Sequence record: KJ019146.1
Strand: one strand, 5' to 3'
Length of the DNA stretch: 64,000 nt
Part shown: positions 19,181 to 30,170 of the stretch, in pieces
How the letters are laid out: each line of letters begins with the position of its first letter
Numbering within the stretch: the first letter of the stretch is position 1
Made by a program: the position numbers and the translations under genes
Notes under the pieces: model-generated
Databases searched by the model: none
Told to the model about the DNA's origin: nothing
Seen by the model: only the letters and a program-made list of their open reading frames with translations

Positions 19181-22100
19181 TTGCCCCTTAATAAGTTAGA
19201 GAATTTCATTAAGAATACGGATGGACGTACTCTGTATGTTAATCCAAACGATCTTAATGCTACCGATAGTATTACTAACCAAGGCACTTCCCTTACAGAA
19301 CCCTTCAGAACTATTCAGAGGGCGTTAATTGAGAGTGCGCGTTTCTCATATGTGCGTGGTGATGATAATGATCTCATCGAGAGAACCACCATCATGGTGT
19401 ATCCCGGTGAGCATCCTATCGATAACCGTCCTGGTTTCGGTATTAAGACAGTAGGTAATAGTCCGGTAGCGGTAACTCCTTCAGGTGAGTTGATTGATCC
19501 GTTCCAAGCATTTAACCTGACTGATGCTAGTAACTTTGATATTGAGTCTAGTAATAACGTTCTCTATAGATTTAACAGTATCCACGGTGGTGTGATTGTT
19601 CCCCGTGGTACTTCTATCGTAGGTATGGATCTACGTAAGACAAAGATTCGTCCGATATATGTTCCCAACCCCACTGATGATTCAGTAGATTACTCAGCGA
19701 TCTTCCGTATCACAGGTACTTGCTACTTCTGGCAGTTCACCATCTTCGATGGTAATGAGAATGGTGTAGTATTCACTGATCCAAGAGATTTCTCTGAGAA
19801 TAACCAGTCCAGACCCACTTTCTCACACCACAAACTAACAGCATTTGAATACGCTGATGGTGTTAACCCAGCGGTAGAATCAGGGTTTGAACTTACTGAC
19901 CTTGCTATGTATTATAGTAAGTTGTCTAACGCATATAATGAAGCATCTGGTCGTCCTATTGATGAGAAGTATCCATCAGATCCTGGTGGTTTTTCACCAC
20001 AACGTCCTGAGTTTGAGATTGTTGGTGCATTCGCAACTGACCCAATCAATATCACTCGTTTAATCTCTGGTGATGGTTTTGTCCCTGATGCTGTCATCAC
20101 AGTAGATACACAGGTCCCACATGAACTAAACACTGGAACACCAATTAAGATTCGTGGTGTTGCCATCAGTGACTATAATATCTCTACAAAAGTATCTGCA
20201 GTTCTTAGTCCTACTAGGTTTACGTATAACCTATCATTCGTAAGACCTAACCTACCAGCAGAACCTTCAGTATCCTCTGCAACTGTAACCGTTGAGACTG
20301 ATACTGTAACAGGTGCTTCACCATACATCTTTAACTGTTCGATGAGATCAGTTTGGGGTATCAATGGAATGCACGCCGATGGTGCCAAAGCAACTGGATT
20401 CCGTTCCATGGTTGTTGCTCAGTTCACCGCGATCTCCCTTCAAAAAGATGATAGATCCTTCGTTACTTATAACAAACAGGCACGTAGATACGATGGTATC
20501 AATGTCAATAAGACTGTAAGGGGTGCTGAACTATCTGCACAGTCATCTTCTACCAACTCGGCAACTGTATACCACCTAGATCCTGACGCTATCTATCGTC
20601 CTGACTGGGGTACAACTCACATCAAGATGAGTAATGATGCAGTCATTCAGATTGTGTCTGTATTCGCTATTGGTTTCAATCAACACTTTGCCTCTATCGG
20701 TGGAGCTGATGCATCAATCACGAACTCTAACTCCAACTTTGGTCAGTTTGCACTGAAAGCTGATGGATTTAAGAATGATGCTTTCCTCAAAGATGATAAA
20801 GGTTTCCTAACATCATTTGTTTCTCCTAAGAGTGCATATAACCCAGAAACTGATGATGTTGAGATCATTGACTGGATTAACATTGACTTTGATCTAACTC
20901 GTAGTATTGCCTTTGCTAATCAACTCTATCTAACTGGTTATACTAACGCGGAAGATAAACCACCAGTAGTTAATCAGGGTTTCCGAATTGGTGCCAACTA
21001 CAAAGAGAGTCTCATTCAGAGAACAACAGTTGGTGCTGGTGCAGATGTAACCTCATCAGTAAGAATGTGTGATAATATTCTCGGTCCTGGTAACAATCAA
21101 GCAACTGGTAGTAGTGTCGCTAGAAAGGTATATCAAGTTCTAGCTGGACCTATCAACAATACCCTTTCATTGGGTGTTCATGGACTACTTAATGGTGAGA
21201 GTGTAAGAGTATTCTCATCAACAGGTGACCTACCTGAGAACCTAGAAAGAGGTGCCCTATACTACGCAAATGTGGTTGATGGTGAGAATATTCGTATTGC
21301 TACTTCCGAGTCTAATGCACTCAACAACATCTTCCTCAACATCTATGGTGGTGTTGAACTTCGTGTTGAGTCTAGAGTTAATGATAAGGAAGCAGGTGAA
21401 AGAGGTCATCCCGTTCAGTATGACTACACTAACCAGAACTGGTTTGTTCATACTGATGCCAATAGTGATATCTATCAGTATATTGTAGCCAACCCAACCT
21501 CTACAGATGGTATTGACTTTGTATCCATATTCAAGAGATTTGGTGATAACAGGGCACTAGAAGACAAACTATATCGCCTCAGGTATGTTATTCCTAAGGA
21601 GTCAAGGAACGCAAAACCACCTACCCCTGGTTATGTTCTACAAGCATCAGCAACAACAGGTGCTAGGAATAACGATGACTTTATCCTACAGGATATTGGT
21701 ATCAATGACTATGAATATAACAGAAACCCACGTTATGTTGTAAGTTGTACTGTTATTGCTAATGAAGTTGAGGTTCGTAGTGAGATTCCACACAACTTGA
21801 ATGTTGGTGATAAGATTAAAATAGTGAATGTTGCCAGTACAAATAACACTGGCGCATCACAAATCAAAGGTTTCAATGGTGAGTTCCTAGTTACTAGAGT
21901 TATCAACTCTCGTGAGTTTAGGTATGATATTACTGATGTAAATGGTTTTAGTAGAAATCCTGGTACCTTCACCAACAACATCAATGAAAGAAACATTCTT
22001 CTACCTCGTTTTGAGAGAAAGGATCTACAGAGTAATGTATTCGTATATCGTATTGAAACTATCACTGATTTCCTAGAAGGTGAGAGAGATGGTATCTACC

Positions 22101-25048
22101 ACTTATTCCTTCTTAATGGTTCTAACCCAGTAACAGAGACATTCACTGATATCCAATACAATCAACCTGTGGAAGATTTATATCCACAGATGGATCCTGA
22201 TAACCTTATTCAGAACCCCCCTGCAACCACAACGTTTGCTAAGAGGGCACCCCTAGGTGATGTTACTATTGATGAACAACAGAACTCCATTACTAAAGAG
22301 TCTGTTGATAAAATATACAAGACACTTAATGTTGGTATCATTGAGACTGCTACTGATGGCACTGTTGGTGCTGGTGGAACACGTACAACCACACTAACAT
22401 TCCAAAGAGAGCACGAGTTCAACTCTGTGTATAGTTACACCACACTAGTTGGTGGTGGTGGATATACTGATGGTACTTTCTATGATGTTAAACTACTCAG
22501 TGAGTTTGGCACAGTATGGGGAGGTGCTTCTGCTGTTGTTACTGTTACTGCTGGTACAGTTACCGAAGTTACTATCATGGATCCTGGTTCAGGTTATTCT
22601 GCAGGTCAGACACTATTCATCGATGGAACTACAATTGGTGGTGGTACTAACGCTACTATTAGTATTACTCAGGCAGACTTAGAGGATAACAAGCATAGTA
22701 TCCTACAGATTTCTGGTGGTGCTTTGTATAACCCAGATTCATATGTAGTGATGACCAGTGTTGAGGATCAGTCTTCAGTTGGTGTTGCTAGAACTTCTGG
22801 AAGTCCTGCTATTATTCCTGGTATGTACGCATATCCAGCAGATAGTGGAACAGGTATTTCTTCAACTACATATAACTCCGATACAGGTTTAACAACACTA
22901 GTATCTACAGGTAGTGCTGGTTTTGGTCTTCAGAGGGGTAACACTTTCGTTGTATTCAGTAGTAACTATAGCTATCTCGGTAAGTTCTTTGTATCTAATG
23001 TTCCAACTCCAGATACATTGGAGTTCTACTCATACCGAGATCTAGGAACTGTATCTATTGTAGGTAAGACAGGTTTAGATGTAAATGATGCTAACACTGG
23101 TTCCTTAGGTGAGAACGTGGGTGTTAGAGCTACACCACTATATGATAACGGTGTATTCTATCTTGAACAGTCTTCAGGTACTGGAACACAACTAACAGTT
23201 AGGGCTGAAGATGGTGGTGTGGCTGGTAATGTAGACTCTAAGATGTACCTAGGAAGATACTTCCAAATGGGTTCTGAGATTATCAGAGTTGCTAGTAAGA
23301 ACTTTGATGGAGCCAATAACAATATCGTAACTGTTATCCGTGGTGCTCTTGGTACCGTTGTTAGCAACCTTCCCATTAATACTAAGGTGAAGGCAATCAG
23401 ACCTTCCGCACTAGAACTTAGAAGACCTTCTATTCTACGTGCCTCAGGTCACACCTTTGAATATCTTGGTTATGGTCCTGGTAACTATTCCACTTCATTA
23501 CCACAACTACAGGTTAAGCAACTCCCAGATGATGAAATTTACCTAGTACAGGCTCAGGAACTATCCTGTGGTCAGGTTGTTTATACTGGTATGAGTGATA
23601 ATGGTGACTTCTATATCGGTAATACCAAGTATTCCGCAACCTCAGGAACACAATCAACCTTTGATGTTCCCATCCCAACTGTTGCTGGTCAACCAGGTAG
23701 TTCTAATAATGTTGTGTTTGATGAAGTTATCATCAACCGTCGTCTATTCGTATCTGGTGGTGAAACTAATGAGGTTCAGTCACAGTTTGATGGTCCTGTT
23801 AAGTTTACCCAGTCTGTTACTATTCAGAACAATCTTTTCGTAACTGGTACAACTCAACTCAATAGAATTGAGATCACCAGTACAGAGAACGCAACCAGTT
23901 CTGCTAATGGTGGAGCACTAACTATCAGAGGTGGTGCTGCTATTGGTAAAGACTTCTATGTTGGTGGTGAAATGTACACCAACGCATATCAAATAGAAGA
24001 TACAAGTGCAGTTCTTGAAATTGGTACTAACCAGTCATCTAAGGATATCTCTGTTGGTGGTTCAACTGATACAGATAGAGTTGTTTTTAATACAACTAAA
24101 CTAGCAACAGGTGAAGGTGCTGAAGAGGTAGTTAACGCAGACGCTGGTGTTGTTGTTGAGGGTGGATTAGTTGTTCGTGATGTTATTATCGCGAAAGAGT
24201 TTAGAGGTGCTGGAACTGGTGGTGGTCCTGGTACTATCCTACTCTGGGGTGGTTCTACTAGTGCTCTCCCTGACAGATATCTACTCTGCAACGGAGCTAC
24301 TCTCAATAAAAACACATATAACAAACTATTCGAAGCCATTGGTTATATCCATGGTGGTAGTGGTAATAGTTTTAAGTTACCAGATTTGAGAAATAGGTTT
24401 ATCCCTGGTGCTGGTAGTTCTTATGCGGTAGCTGCAAAAGGTGGGGATGATTCAGTTGTACTAACTGAAACGCAGATGCCACGCCACACGCACTCAACTT
24501 CAGCAGTCAACGCACCACATACTCACCCAGTATCGTTTACTAGTGGAGCGGCAAATGCACCACATAAACACCCAGCTGGCACAGGTGGCGGTGGAAATCA
24601 TAACCACCCATCAGGTGGCACAGGTGGTGGTGGTAATCACAATCACCCATCAGGTGGCTCTAACAATACAGGCAACCATGGACACCCGTATAGTGCTCCG
24701 GGGCAATCCAAAACTGATGTTGCTAATTCTAACGAGAAGAATGTAACTAGCAACGTCAATGCCTCAGGTGCAGGAACCGGTGGTGGTGGAGCACACTCCC
24801 ACTCTGTTTCAGTTAACAGTACATCCTCAGCTCATAATCACCCAGTAAGTGTCAACTCTGGATCTTCAGCTCATAATCACCCTGTTAGTGTTAATTCAGC
24901 TAATGCACCACATTCCCACCCAATTAGTGGTAATGCAGGTTCTGCAAACGCACCTCACGTTCACCCAATTGGTAATACTGGTGGTACTGCTTCCTTTGAC
25001 AATAGACCCAAATACTACGCTCTCTGCTATATTATCCAATCAGAGTGA
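19181..25048 (+). CDS. large tail fibre/virion protein with C-terminal tail-collar domain and His-rich tip
   Basis: 1955 aa; LLCNGATL..TYNKLFEAIG..FKLPDLRNRF collar motif; HxH repeats; FDNRPKYYALCYI terminus; TAAATA at 19144-19149. Confidence 0.8.
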   Translation: MPLNKLENFIKNTDGRTLYVNPNDLNATDSITNQGTSLTEPFRTIQRALIESARFSYVRGDDNDLIERTTIMVYPGEHPIDNRPGFGIKTVGNSPVAVTPSGELIDPFQAFNLTDASNFDIESSNNVLYRFNSIHGGVIVPRGTSIVGMDLRKTKIRPIYVPNPTDDSVDYSAIFRITGTCYFWQFTIFDGNENGVVFTDPRDFSENNQSRPTFSHHKLTAFEYADGVNPAVESGFELTDLAMYYSKLSNAYNEASGRPIDEKYPSDPGGFSPQRPEFEIVGAFATDPINITRLISGDGFVPDAVITVDTQVPHELNTGTPIKIRGVAISDYNISTKVSAVLSPTRFTYNLSFVRPNLPAEPSVSSATVTVETDTVTGASPYIFNCSMRSVWGINGMHADGAKATGFRSMVVAQFTAISLQKDDRSFVTYNKQARRYDGINVNKTVRGAELSAQSSSTNSATVYHLDPDAIYRPDWGTTHIKMSNDAVIQIVSVFAIGFNQHFASIGGADASITNSNSNFGQFALKADGFKNDAFLKDDKGFLTSFVSPKSAYNPETDDVEIIDWINIDFDLTRSIAFANQLYLTGYTNAEDKPPVVNQGFRIGANYKESLIQRTTVGAGADVTSSVRMCDNILGPGNNQATGSSVARKVYQVLAGPINNTLSLGVHGLLNGESVRVFSSTGDLPENLERGALYYANVVDGENIRIATSESNALNNIFLNIYGGVELRVESRVNDKEAGERGHPVQYDYTNQNWFVHTDANSDIYQYIVANPTSTDGIDFVSIFKRFGDNRALEDKLYRLRYVIPKESRNAKPPTPGYVLQASATTGARNNDDFILQDIGINDYEYNRNPRYVVSCTVIANEVEVRSEIPHNLNVGDKIKIVNVASTNNTGASQIKGFNGEFLVTRVINSREFRYDITDVNGFSRNPGTFTNNINERNILLPRFERKDLQSNVFVYRIETITDFLEGERDGIYHLFLLNGSNPVTETFTDIQYNQPVEDLYPQMDPDNLIQNPPATTTFAKRAPLGDVTIDEQQNSITKESVDKIYKTLNVGIIETATDGTVGAGGTRTTTLTFQREHEFNSVYSYTTLVGGGGYTDGTFYDVKLLSEFGTVWGGASAVVTVTAGTVTEVTIMDPGSGYSAGQTLFIDGTTIGGGTNATISITQADLEDNKHSILQISGGALYNPDSYVVMTSVEDQSSVGVARTSGSPAIIPGMYAYPADSGTGISSTTYNSDTGLTTLVSTGSAGFGLQRGNTFVVFSSNYSYLGKFFVSNVPTPDTLEFYSYRDLGTVSIVGKTGLDVNDANTGSLGENVGVRATPLYDNGVFYLEQSSGTGTQLTVRAEDGGVAGNVDSKMYLGRYFQMGSEIIRVASKNFDGANNNIVTVIRGALGTVVSNLPINTKVKAIRPSALELRRPSILRASGHTFEYLGYGPGNYSTSLPQLQVKQLPDDEIYLVQAQELSCGQVVYTGMSDNGDFYIGNTKYSATSGTQSTFDVPIPTVAGQPGSSNNVVFDEVIINRRLFVSGGETNEVQSQFDGPVKFTQSVTIQNNLFVTGTTQLNRIEITSTENATSSANGGALTIRGGAAIGKDFYVGGEMYTNAYQIEDTSAVLEIGTNQSSKDISVGGSTDTDRVVFNTTKLATGEGAEEVVNADAGVVVEGGLVVRDVIIAKEFRGAGTGGGPGTILLWGGSTSALPDRYLLCNGATLNKNTYNKLFEAIGYIHGGSGNSFKLPDLRNRFIPGAGSSYAVAAKGGDDSVVLTETQMPRHTHSTSAVNAPHTHPVSFTSGAANAPHKHPAGTGGGGNHNHPSGGTGGGGNHNHPSGGSNNTGNHGHPYSAPGQSKTDVANSNEKNVTSNVNASGAGTGGGGAHSHSVSVNSTSSAHNHPVSVNSGSSAHNHPVSVNSANAPHSHPISGNAGSANAPHVHPIGNTGGTASFDNRPKYYALCYIIQSE
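24505..24965 (+). repeat. His-x-His coding repeats including two pairs of 39-bp tandem units
   Basis: GTGGGGNHNHPSG x2 (starts 24578, 24617); SAHNHPVSVNS.S x2 (starts 24827, 24866). Confidence 0.85.
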
Positions 25049-25090
25049 TGGTATAAATATCTATAAGGTACTCTAACCATTTTATAGATA

Positions 25091-27199
25091 ATGGCGAATT
25101 TTAATAAGGCGTTTAACTTTAGAGGTGGCTTCCAAGTTGATGAAGACACCTTTTTGGTGCGCGGTTCTAACGTTGGTATTGGATCTTCTGTTCCATCAGA
25201 ACGACTAGATGTTGACGGTGTTATTAAAGCTCGCGGTTTAATTATTGACTCCACTGATGTTGTTGCCATTACTACCGCATATGTTGGTGTTGTAAGTGCA
25301 ACTGAGGTTCAATCCGGTATATTCACTGGAACTCCAAAAAATGGTGGTATTGCTACTTACTATGGTGATGGATCACAACTAATCAATCTCCCCACATCTC
25401 AGTGGGTTGATATTGATGTAGGATTAGGCTTCACTAGTATCTACGCAGCTGGAAATGTTGGTGTTGATACTGTAGATCCTAGGTATAAGTTTCAGGTTGG
25501 TGGAGTTCCTTTCAAAACCAAAACTGGTCCCCTCTTACAAGCACAAGATGGTGTAGGTGTTGAGGATGGTAACATTTATTTCTCTGGTATTGCCTCTGCC
25601 AGATTCAAACCCGGTCTAGAAAAGCAGGGTTTTGTGGGTTATGGTTCATATATTAATACATTAAATGCAGCTGAACTCACCACTGGTGATATTCCTTCAT
25701 ATGCATATGGTGATCTTATTATCACCGAAGAAATTATAGCACCTAAACTAACAGGTATTGCATCAACTGCTATCGGTGTTACAACTGATGCTCAGTTATC
25801 ATTTGATACTGCAGTAGCAAACGAACTTAGGGCAAAGAATAGATTTATCAGTACAGAAGGTTATCTTCAGATTGGTACTGATGAAGATGTTGCTGGTGTA
25901 GGTGATATTGAAGTAGTAAAAGATACAGATAACTCTAACATCTATTCAATATCTAATACTCGAGCACAAATTCTGGTGGGTAATGAGAGACCCGGTGGAT
26001 CTAATCGTGGTATTGGTGGAATAAGGAAGGGCACATTTACTAGTGATCCACTCACATCAGCCACTGATGTAGATTTGGTTAACTATGATGTCGGTAACCT
26101 AAACTTCTATCTTCATAACGGATCTGGTGGTCAGGGTGCAACAACTGGTAAGTTCCGTTGGATATATGGCCAGAGAGATATTTCAGTTATGGAGCTGGAT
26201 AAAGATGGTCAATTAGTTCTACCTGATAATGTAGTGGTTGCAGGTCCACTCCTAAGTGTTGGTGGAAGTGCATATCTCAAGAATGGTGCTCAGTTAGATG
26301 GTGATCTAAATGTTACATCAGGTATTGGTTCTTTCGCTAATGATGTTAATATCTTTGGAGAACTCAGTGTAGGTAGTATCTCAATAACTGGTGTTGTTAC
26401 ATTTAGTGGTATTGACACAGATATCCTAACTGTAGGATCAGACACAGTTATTCAATCTGGCATTGCAACCATTGCAAGAATTATGGTTGTTAGTGATACA
26501 ACCAATTCAGTAGATATCGATGGTTCTCTTGAGTCATCAACATTAGTAACAACTAACGCTAGTTCTTCCACATTAGTATTCTCACAGAGTTTAACAGGAC
26601 CGAATGGTTTCACAGTATCATCTGATGGTAGTGTAACAGCCTCTAGTGTGGATGTAGCAGGTAATATAGGTGCTGGTGGGACTTTTGAAGGTGTTGATAT
26701 TGTTACAAACACCGGAAGCATCAACGACCTCACTGTTAGTGAATTAATCGGATCTAAAGTCGATGTTAGTGAGGTCGAAACTGATAGTCTCAATGTAGCA
26801 AACTCATCCACAGTTAATGACCTAAGTGCTACTAGTATTGAGACCACATCCATTCAGGCAGACACCACTGATTTCAATGCCATGGAAGCAACTGCCGCAA
26901 GTGTGGATAGTTTAGGTTCTAAGAGTGGATCAAAAGTAGATATATCTGATGATCTAGACTTACAGAACAACGATATCGATGGAGTTAATGAGATAAACGT
27001 TGAGAACCTCAACGCAAACGATAGGGTTTCTAGCTCCTTTGGGCGCTATGGTATTACTAACAACAACTACGTTTCTATTGATTATGGGGACAGAGGTTTC
27101 GGTAGTCAAGATCTTCCAGCTATTACTTTCGAGGTGTTTGATGATAACAACGTTTCCCTAGGACAGACATACTTCAAACTATATACCCCTGTCCCCTGA
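25091..27199 (+). CDS. short tail fibre-like virion protein
   Basis: MANFNKAFNFRGGFQVD, NVGIGS..P..RLDV, YYGDGSQL.NLP fibre motifs; TATAAATA at 25052-25059. Confidence 0.7.
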   Translation: MANFNKAFNFRGGFQVDEDTFLVRGSNVGIGSSVPSERLDVDGVIKARGLIIDSTDVVAITTAYVGVVSATEVQSGIFTGTPKNGGIATYYGDGSQLINLPTSQWVDIDVGLGFTSIYAAGNVGVDTVDPRYKFQVGGVPFKTKTGPLLQAQDGVGVEDGNIYFSGIASARFKPGLEKQGFVGYGSYINTLNAAELTTGDIPSYAYGDLIITEEIIAPKLTGIASTAIGVTTDAQLSFDTAVANELRAKNRFISTEGYLQIGTDEDVAGVGDIEVVKDTDNSNIYSISNTRAQILVGNERPGGSNRGIGGIRKGTFTSDPLTSATDVDLVNYDVGNLNFYLHNGSGGQGATTGKFRWIYGQRDISVMELDKDGQLVLPDNVVVAGPLLSVGGSAYLKNGAQLDGDLNVTSGIGSFANDVNIFGELSVGSISITGVVTFSGIDTDILTVGSDTVIQSGIATIARIMVVSDTTNSVDIDGSLESSTLVTTNASSSTLVFSQSLTGPNGFTVSSDGSVTASSVDVAGNIGAGGTFEGVDIVTNTGSINDLTVSELIGSKVDVSEVETDSLNVANSSTVNDLSATSIETTSIQADTTDFNAMEATAASVDSLGSKSGSKVDISDDLDLQNNDIDGVNEINVENLNANDRVSSSFGRYGITNNNYVSIDYGDRGFGSQDLPAITFEVFDDNNVSLGQTYFKLYTPVP

Positions 27200-27206
27200 A
27201 GAATAA

Positions 27207-27265
27207 TGTGACAGTCGACAAACTGGCACAGGGGGGTTGGCAAACCCCCTTTTTTGTGCTATAAT
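27207..27265 (+). promoter_or_regulatory. first cassette element: palindrome + terminator-like hairpin + sigma70-type promoter
   Basis: TGTGACAGT-CGACAA-ACTGGCACA; GGGGGGTTGGCAAACCCCC-TTTTTT; TG-C-TATAAT at 27260. Confidence 0.85.
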
Positions 27266-27298
27266 AACAGGGTAGTCAAACAGAGAGGTTAGGTTCTA

Positions 27299-27649
27299 GT
27301 GGGTTTCCTGAAAGCTCTGTTTGCTACTGCCTTGGTGGGTATTGTTGGTGTGGTGTCTCCCGCCGAGGCAAGTGTAGGTGGCAATATGTCTCCAGTCGTA
27401 GAGGGTATGTGTATAAAGTACACACCCTTTGGTGATTTGCCCTGTAAGATTAGAGTATACGATAGTGAAGAACTAGTGTATATTACAGATGGTCATAATA
27501 CTATGACATATACCAAGCACCCATTCATACCATATGCGTGGACAATGTATGTGAATGAACAACGGATATCTAATATGTTATGCTCCCTAGATAAGTATAA
27601 CTTCTCTTGTTTCACCTCAATCCAATTTGTTCCTGATTATGAAAACTAA
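27299..27649 (+). CDS. hypothetical secreted-type protein
   Basis: GTG start after cassette promoter; signal peptide ending PAEA. Confidence 0.6.
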   Translation: MGFLKALFATALVGIVGVVSPAEASVGGNMSPVVEGMCIKYTPFGDLPCKIRVYDSEELVYITDGHNTMTYTKHPFIPYAWTMYVNEQRISNMLCSLDKYNFSCFTSIQFVPDYEN

Positions 27650-27971
27650 ATCATTGATGCTCACCAGTTTGATGGTGGCAACGATAACCGCAACACCTGC
27701 TATGGCATACGGATATCGTCAACCATACTATCAACAACCCCCAGTTGTTATTCAACAGCCAGCACCTGTTATCATTCAACAACCAAGACCCAGTACCCTA
27801 GAAACTGTTTTGGGTATTGCAGTTATTGGTGCAGGTTTATACTGGAATAGTCCAGCATATCAGAACGATCATGGATATTATAATGGAAATAGAAACCATC
27901 ATCACAACCAATACCAAGGTGGCAAAACATATGTAATTTGTAATGATTACGGACGGAGGTATTACTGCTGA
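27639..27971 (+). CDS. hypothetical secreted-type protein
   Basis: MKTKSLMLTSLMVATITATPAMA signal peptide; Q/P/Y-rich. Confidence 0.65.
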   Translation: MKTKSLMLTSLMVATITATPAMAYGYRQPYYQQPPVVIQQPAPVIIQQPRPSTLETVLGIAVIGAGLYWNSPAYQNDHGYYNGNRNHHHNQYQGGKTYVICNDYGRRYYC

Positions 27972-28180
27972 TGGATTTTGTGGCATTTATGATTGATAAG
28001 GAAAACGCCTTATCACTGATACAATCACTTCACGAATCTGCCGATAAGTGTAGTAAAGATGGAAGACGAATTATGGAAGCAAACTATACCAAACTAGCAG
28101 ACATGATGATGGAACAATACCTAGTATCAGAGAGTATCCACAGGAAGAGAAAAAGAAATAACGGAGATTATATCGGCTAA
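27971..28180 (+). CDS. hypothetical protein
   Basis: Stop/start coupled within operon. Confidence 0.55.
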   Translation: MDFVAFMIDKENALSLIQSLHESADKCSKDGRRIMEANYTKLADMMMEQYLVSESIHRKRKRNNGDYIG

Positions 28181-28752
28181 TGATTGACTATCTTACCATC
28201 CCTAATAGCTTATCAGACAAACTTTGTGACGACATCATTCACAAGTTTGACAGTGATGATAGAGTTGATTATGGTAAAATTAATATGGGAGATGTTGATA
28301 CTGAGGTCAAAAGATGTAAAGAGTTGTTCATATCAATCCTAGATAACTGGCGAGATCTTGACAATCAGGTATTCAATGCGTCGGTGAAGGGGTTAAGTCA
28401 ATACCGTGAGTACATTAATGAGTTATACGATGCCGATTATCTTCTAGGATCAGATAATTCTGATCAAGGTTACCGGGTAAAGAGATACGATATTGGTGAA
28501 GATTACTTTCATTGGCATCATGATCTACGCATAGATGAAAACCGTAGGATGAGATCAGTTGCCTTCATATGGTATCTAAATGATGTGGAAGAGGGTGGTG
28601 AAACAGAATTTAGTAATGGTCTAAAGATACGTCCAGAGAAAGGTAAACTACTTCTATTTCCATCTACATGGAACAACGTACACAGAGGGAATACACCAAT
28701 AAGTAATACGAAGTATGCTATTACTAGTTTCCTCTATTCCTCCTACGATTAG
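28180..28752 (+). CDS. 2OG-Fe(II) oxygenase
   Basis: WHHD, AFIWYLNDVEEGGETEF, VHRG. Confidence 0.9.
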   Translation: MIDYLTIPNSLSDKLCDDIIHKFDSDDRVDYGKINMGDVDTEVKRCKELFISILDNWRDLDNQVFNASVKGLSQYREYINELYDADYLLGSDNSDQGYRVKRYDIGEDYFHWHHDLRIDENRRMRSVAFIWYLNDVEEGGETEFSNGLKIRPEKGKLLLFPSTWNNVHRGNTPISNTKYAITSFLYSSYD

Positions 28753-28781
28753 GTGATATATACTAAGTATGGGATACTTCA

Positions 28782-29336
28782 GTGGCAAAGGGTTATCGAA
28801 TCAGGGGAGACTTTATTGCAAGTCTCATTAAACAACACGACTGTAAGATTGGTTATGAAATTGGGGTATCCAATGGTGCAACTTTTGGTAAGATCTTAAA
28901 GAAATGTGATAATATTGAGTGGCATGGTGTAGATCCATGGGTTGTATGTTCCGAGTATGATAAACGCCCCAATGGTAAGGGTAAGTGGAATCATGATGGT
29001 AACTATGAGAAAGTTCAGGAGATTGTTAGTAAGTATCCAAAGCGTGCATATACCCACCGCATGACCTCTGTAGAGGCTGCAAAGGAGGTAGAGGATAGAA
29101 GTATTGATATTATCTTTATAGACGGTCTGCACACCTACGAGGGGGTGAAGGAAGATCTAGAGGCTTGGGTGCCAAAGATCAAAATAGGTGGTATAATCTC
29201 TGGACATGACTATAAAGGTATGAAGAGACATGAGGGCGTGACTATACGAGTGAATGAAGTATTTGGTGAAGAAAACATTACTACTGGTCCAGATGTGACC
29301 TGGTGGTTATACAAAACGGAGGAACACGATGACTGA
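28782..29336 (+). CDS. class I SAM-dependent methyltransferase (Methyltransf_24-like)
   Basis: YEIGV..G, GVDPW, IFIDGLHTYEGV, GGIISGHDY. Confidence 0.85.
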   Translation: MAKGYRIRGDFIASLIKQHDCKIGYEIGVSNGATFGKILKKCDNIEWHGVDPWVVCSEYDKRPNGKGKWNHDGNYEKVQEIVSKYPKRAYTHRMTSVEAAKEVEDRSIDIIFIDGLHTYEGVKEDLEAWVPKIKIGGIISGHDYKGMKRHEGVTIRVNEVFGEENITTGPDVTWWLYKTEEHDD

Positions 29337-30090
29337 GGGTTATGTTGTTATTGCACTTGGCGATAAGTATGTTCAACTCGCCAAGAACTTTGAAGATACA
29401 CTAAGACAAAACGGTGACAATCGTCCTGTTCATGTTGTCACTGAAGACATGATTGATAAGGATAATGATAAGTATAGGGACTGTGATGTTCCCAACGAAA
29501 GGTATAACTGCTACCCCAAACTTCACTTCAATGAGTATGCGATATTTGATCATAGTATCCTAATCGATGCCGATGTTCTGTGCGTAGGTGATACCCAACA
29601 CGTTTGGGATATGTGTAAAGAACAGGAACAGTTCATTCTTCACCGTGGGTGGGGACAAGTTACTAAATGGAATAGAGAACTACAGAAGAAAGTGTGGGAC
29701 GTTCATGGGTTCGTACCTCCTCGCATTCACGGAGCTTTCTGTTATCTAAGGAAGGCAGATATCAATGAAGACTTCTTTGAATTTATCCAAAATAATGTGT
29801 GGTTTCAGTATACTGAATGGTGTACGGAAGATGTCAAAGCAAGACATCACAGGTTAAGTAGATCAGACCAGGTGATATATGCTATTGGTTATGGTAAGTT
29901 TGATCTCATGCCCTGTCAGTTAATGGAAGTCCCTATTATGACTCATATATTGACAGCGGCACACTCTAATCCTCCATACGATAGAATCACTTTTAAGGAT
30001 CAAATTGGACCCGATTTACAACATCCAGTGGCATTTGCCCATATCGAACAGCTATTTCAGGAGAGCACCCCAGAAAGTTTTCTAAGGTGA
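29329..30090 (+). CDS. GT-A glycosyltransferase (GT8-like)
   Basis: YPKLH, ILIDADVL (DxD), SDQ; stop TGA lies in the left arm of the 30086 palindrome. Confidence 0.7.
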   Translation: MTEGYVVIALGDKYVQLAKNFEDTLRQNGDNRPVHVVTEDMIDKDNDKYRDCDVPNERYNCYPKLHFNEYAIFDHSILIDADVLCVGDTQHVWDMCKEQEQFILHRGWGQVTKWNRELQKKVWDVHGFVPPRIHGAFCYLRKADINEDFFEFIQNNVWFQYTEWCTEDVKARHHRLSRSDQVIYAIGYGKFDLMPCQLMEVPIMTHILTAAHSNPPYDRITFKDQIGPDLQHPVAFAHIEQLFQESTPESFLR

Positions 30091-30170
30091 CAGTTTACGA
30101 ACTGGCACACAGGGCTTGGCAACCCTCCAAAAAGGTGCTATACTATCTAAGTAACCAAAGGAAATGATTT

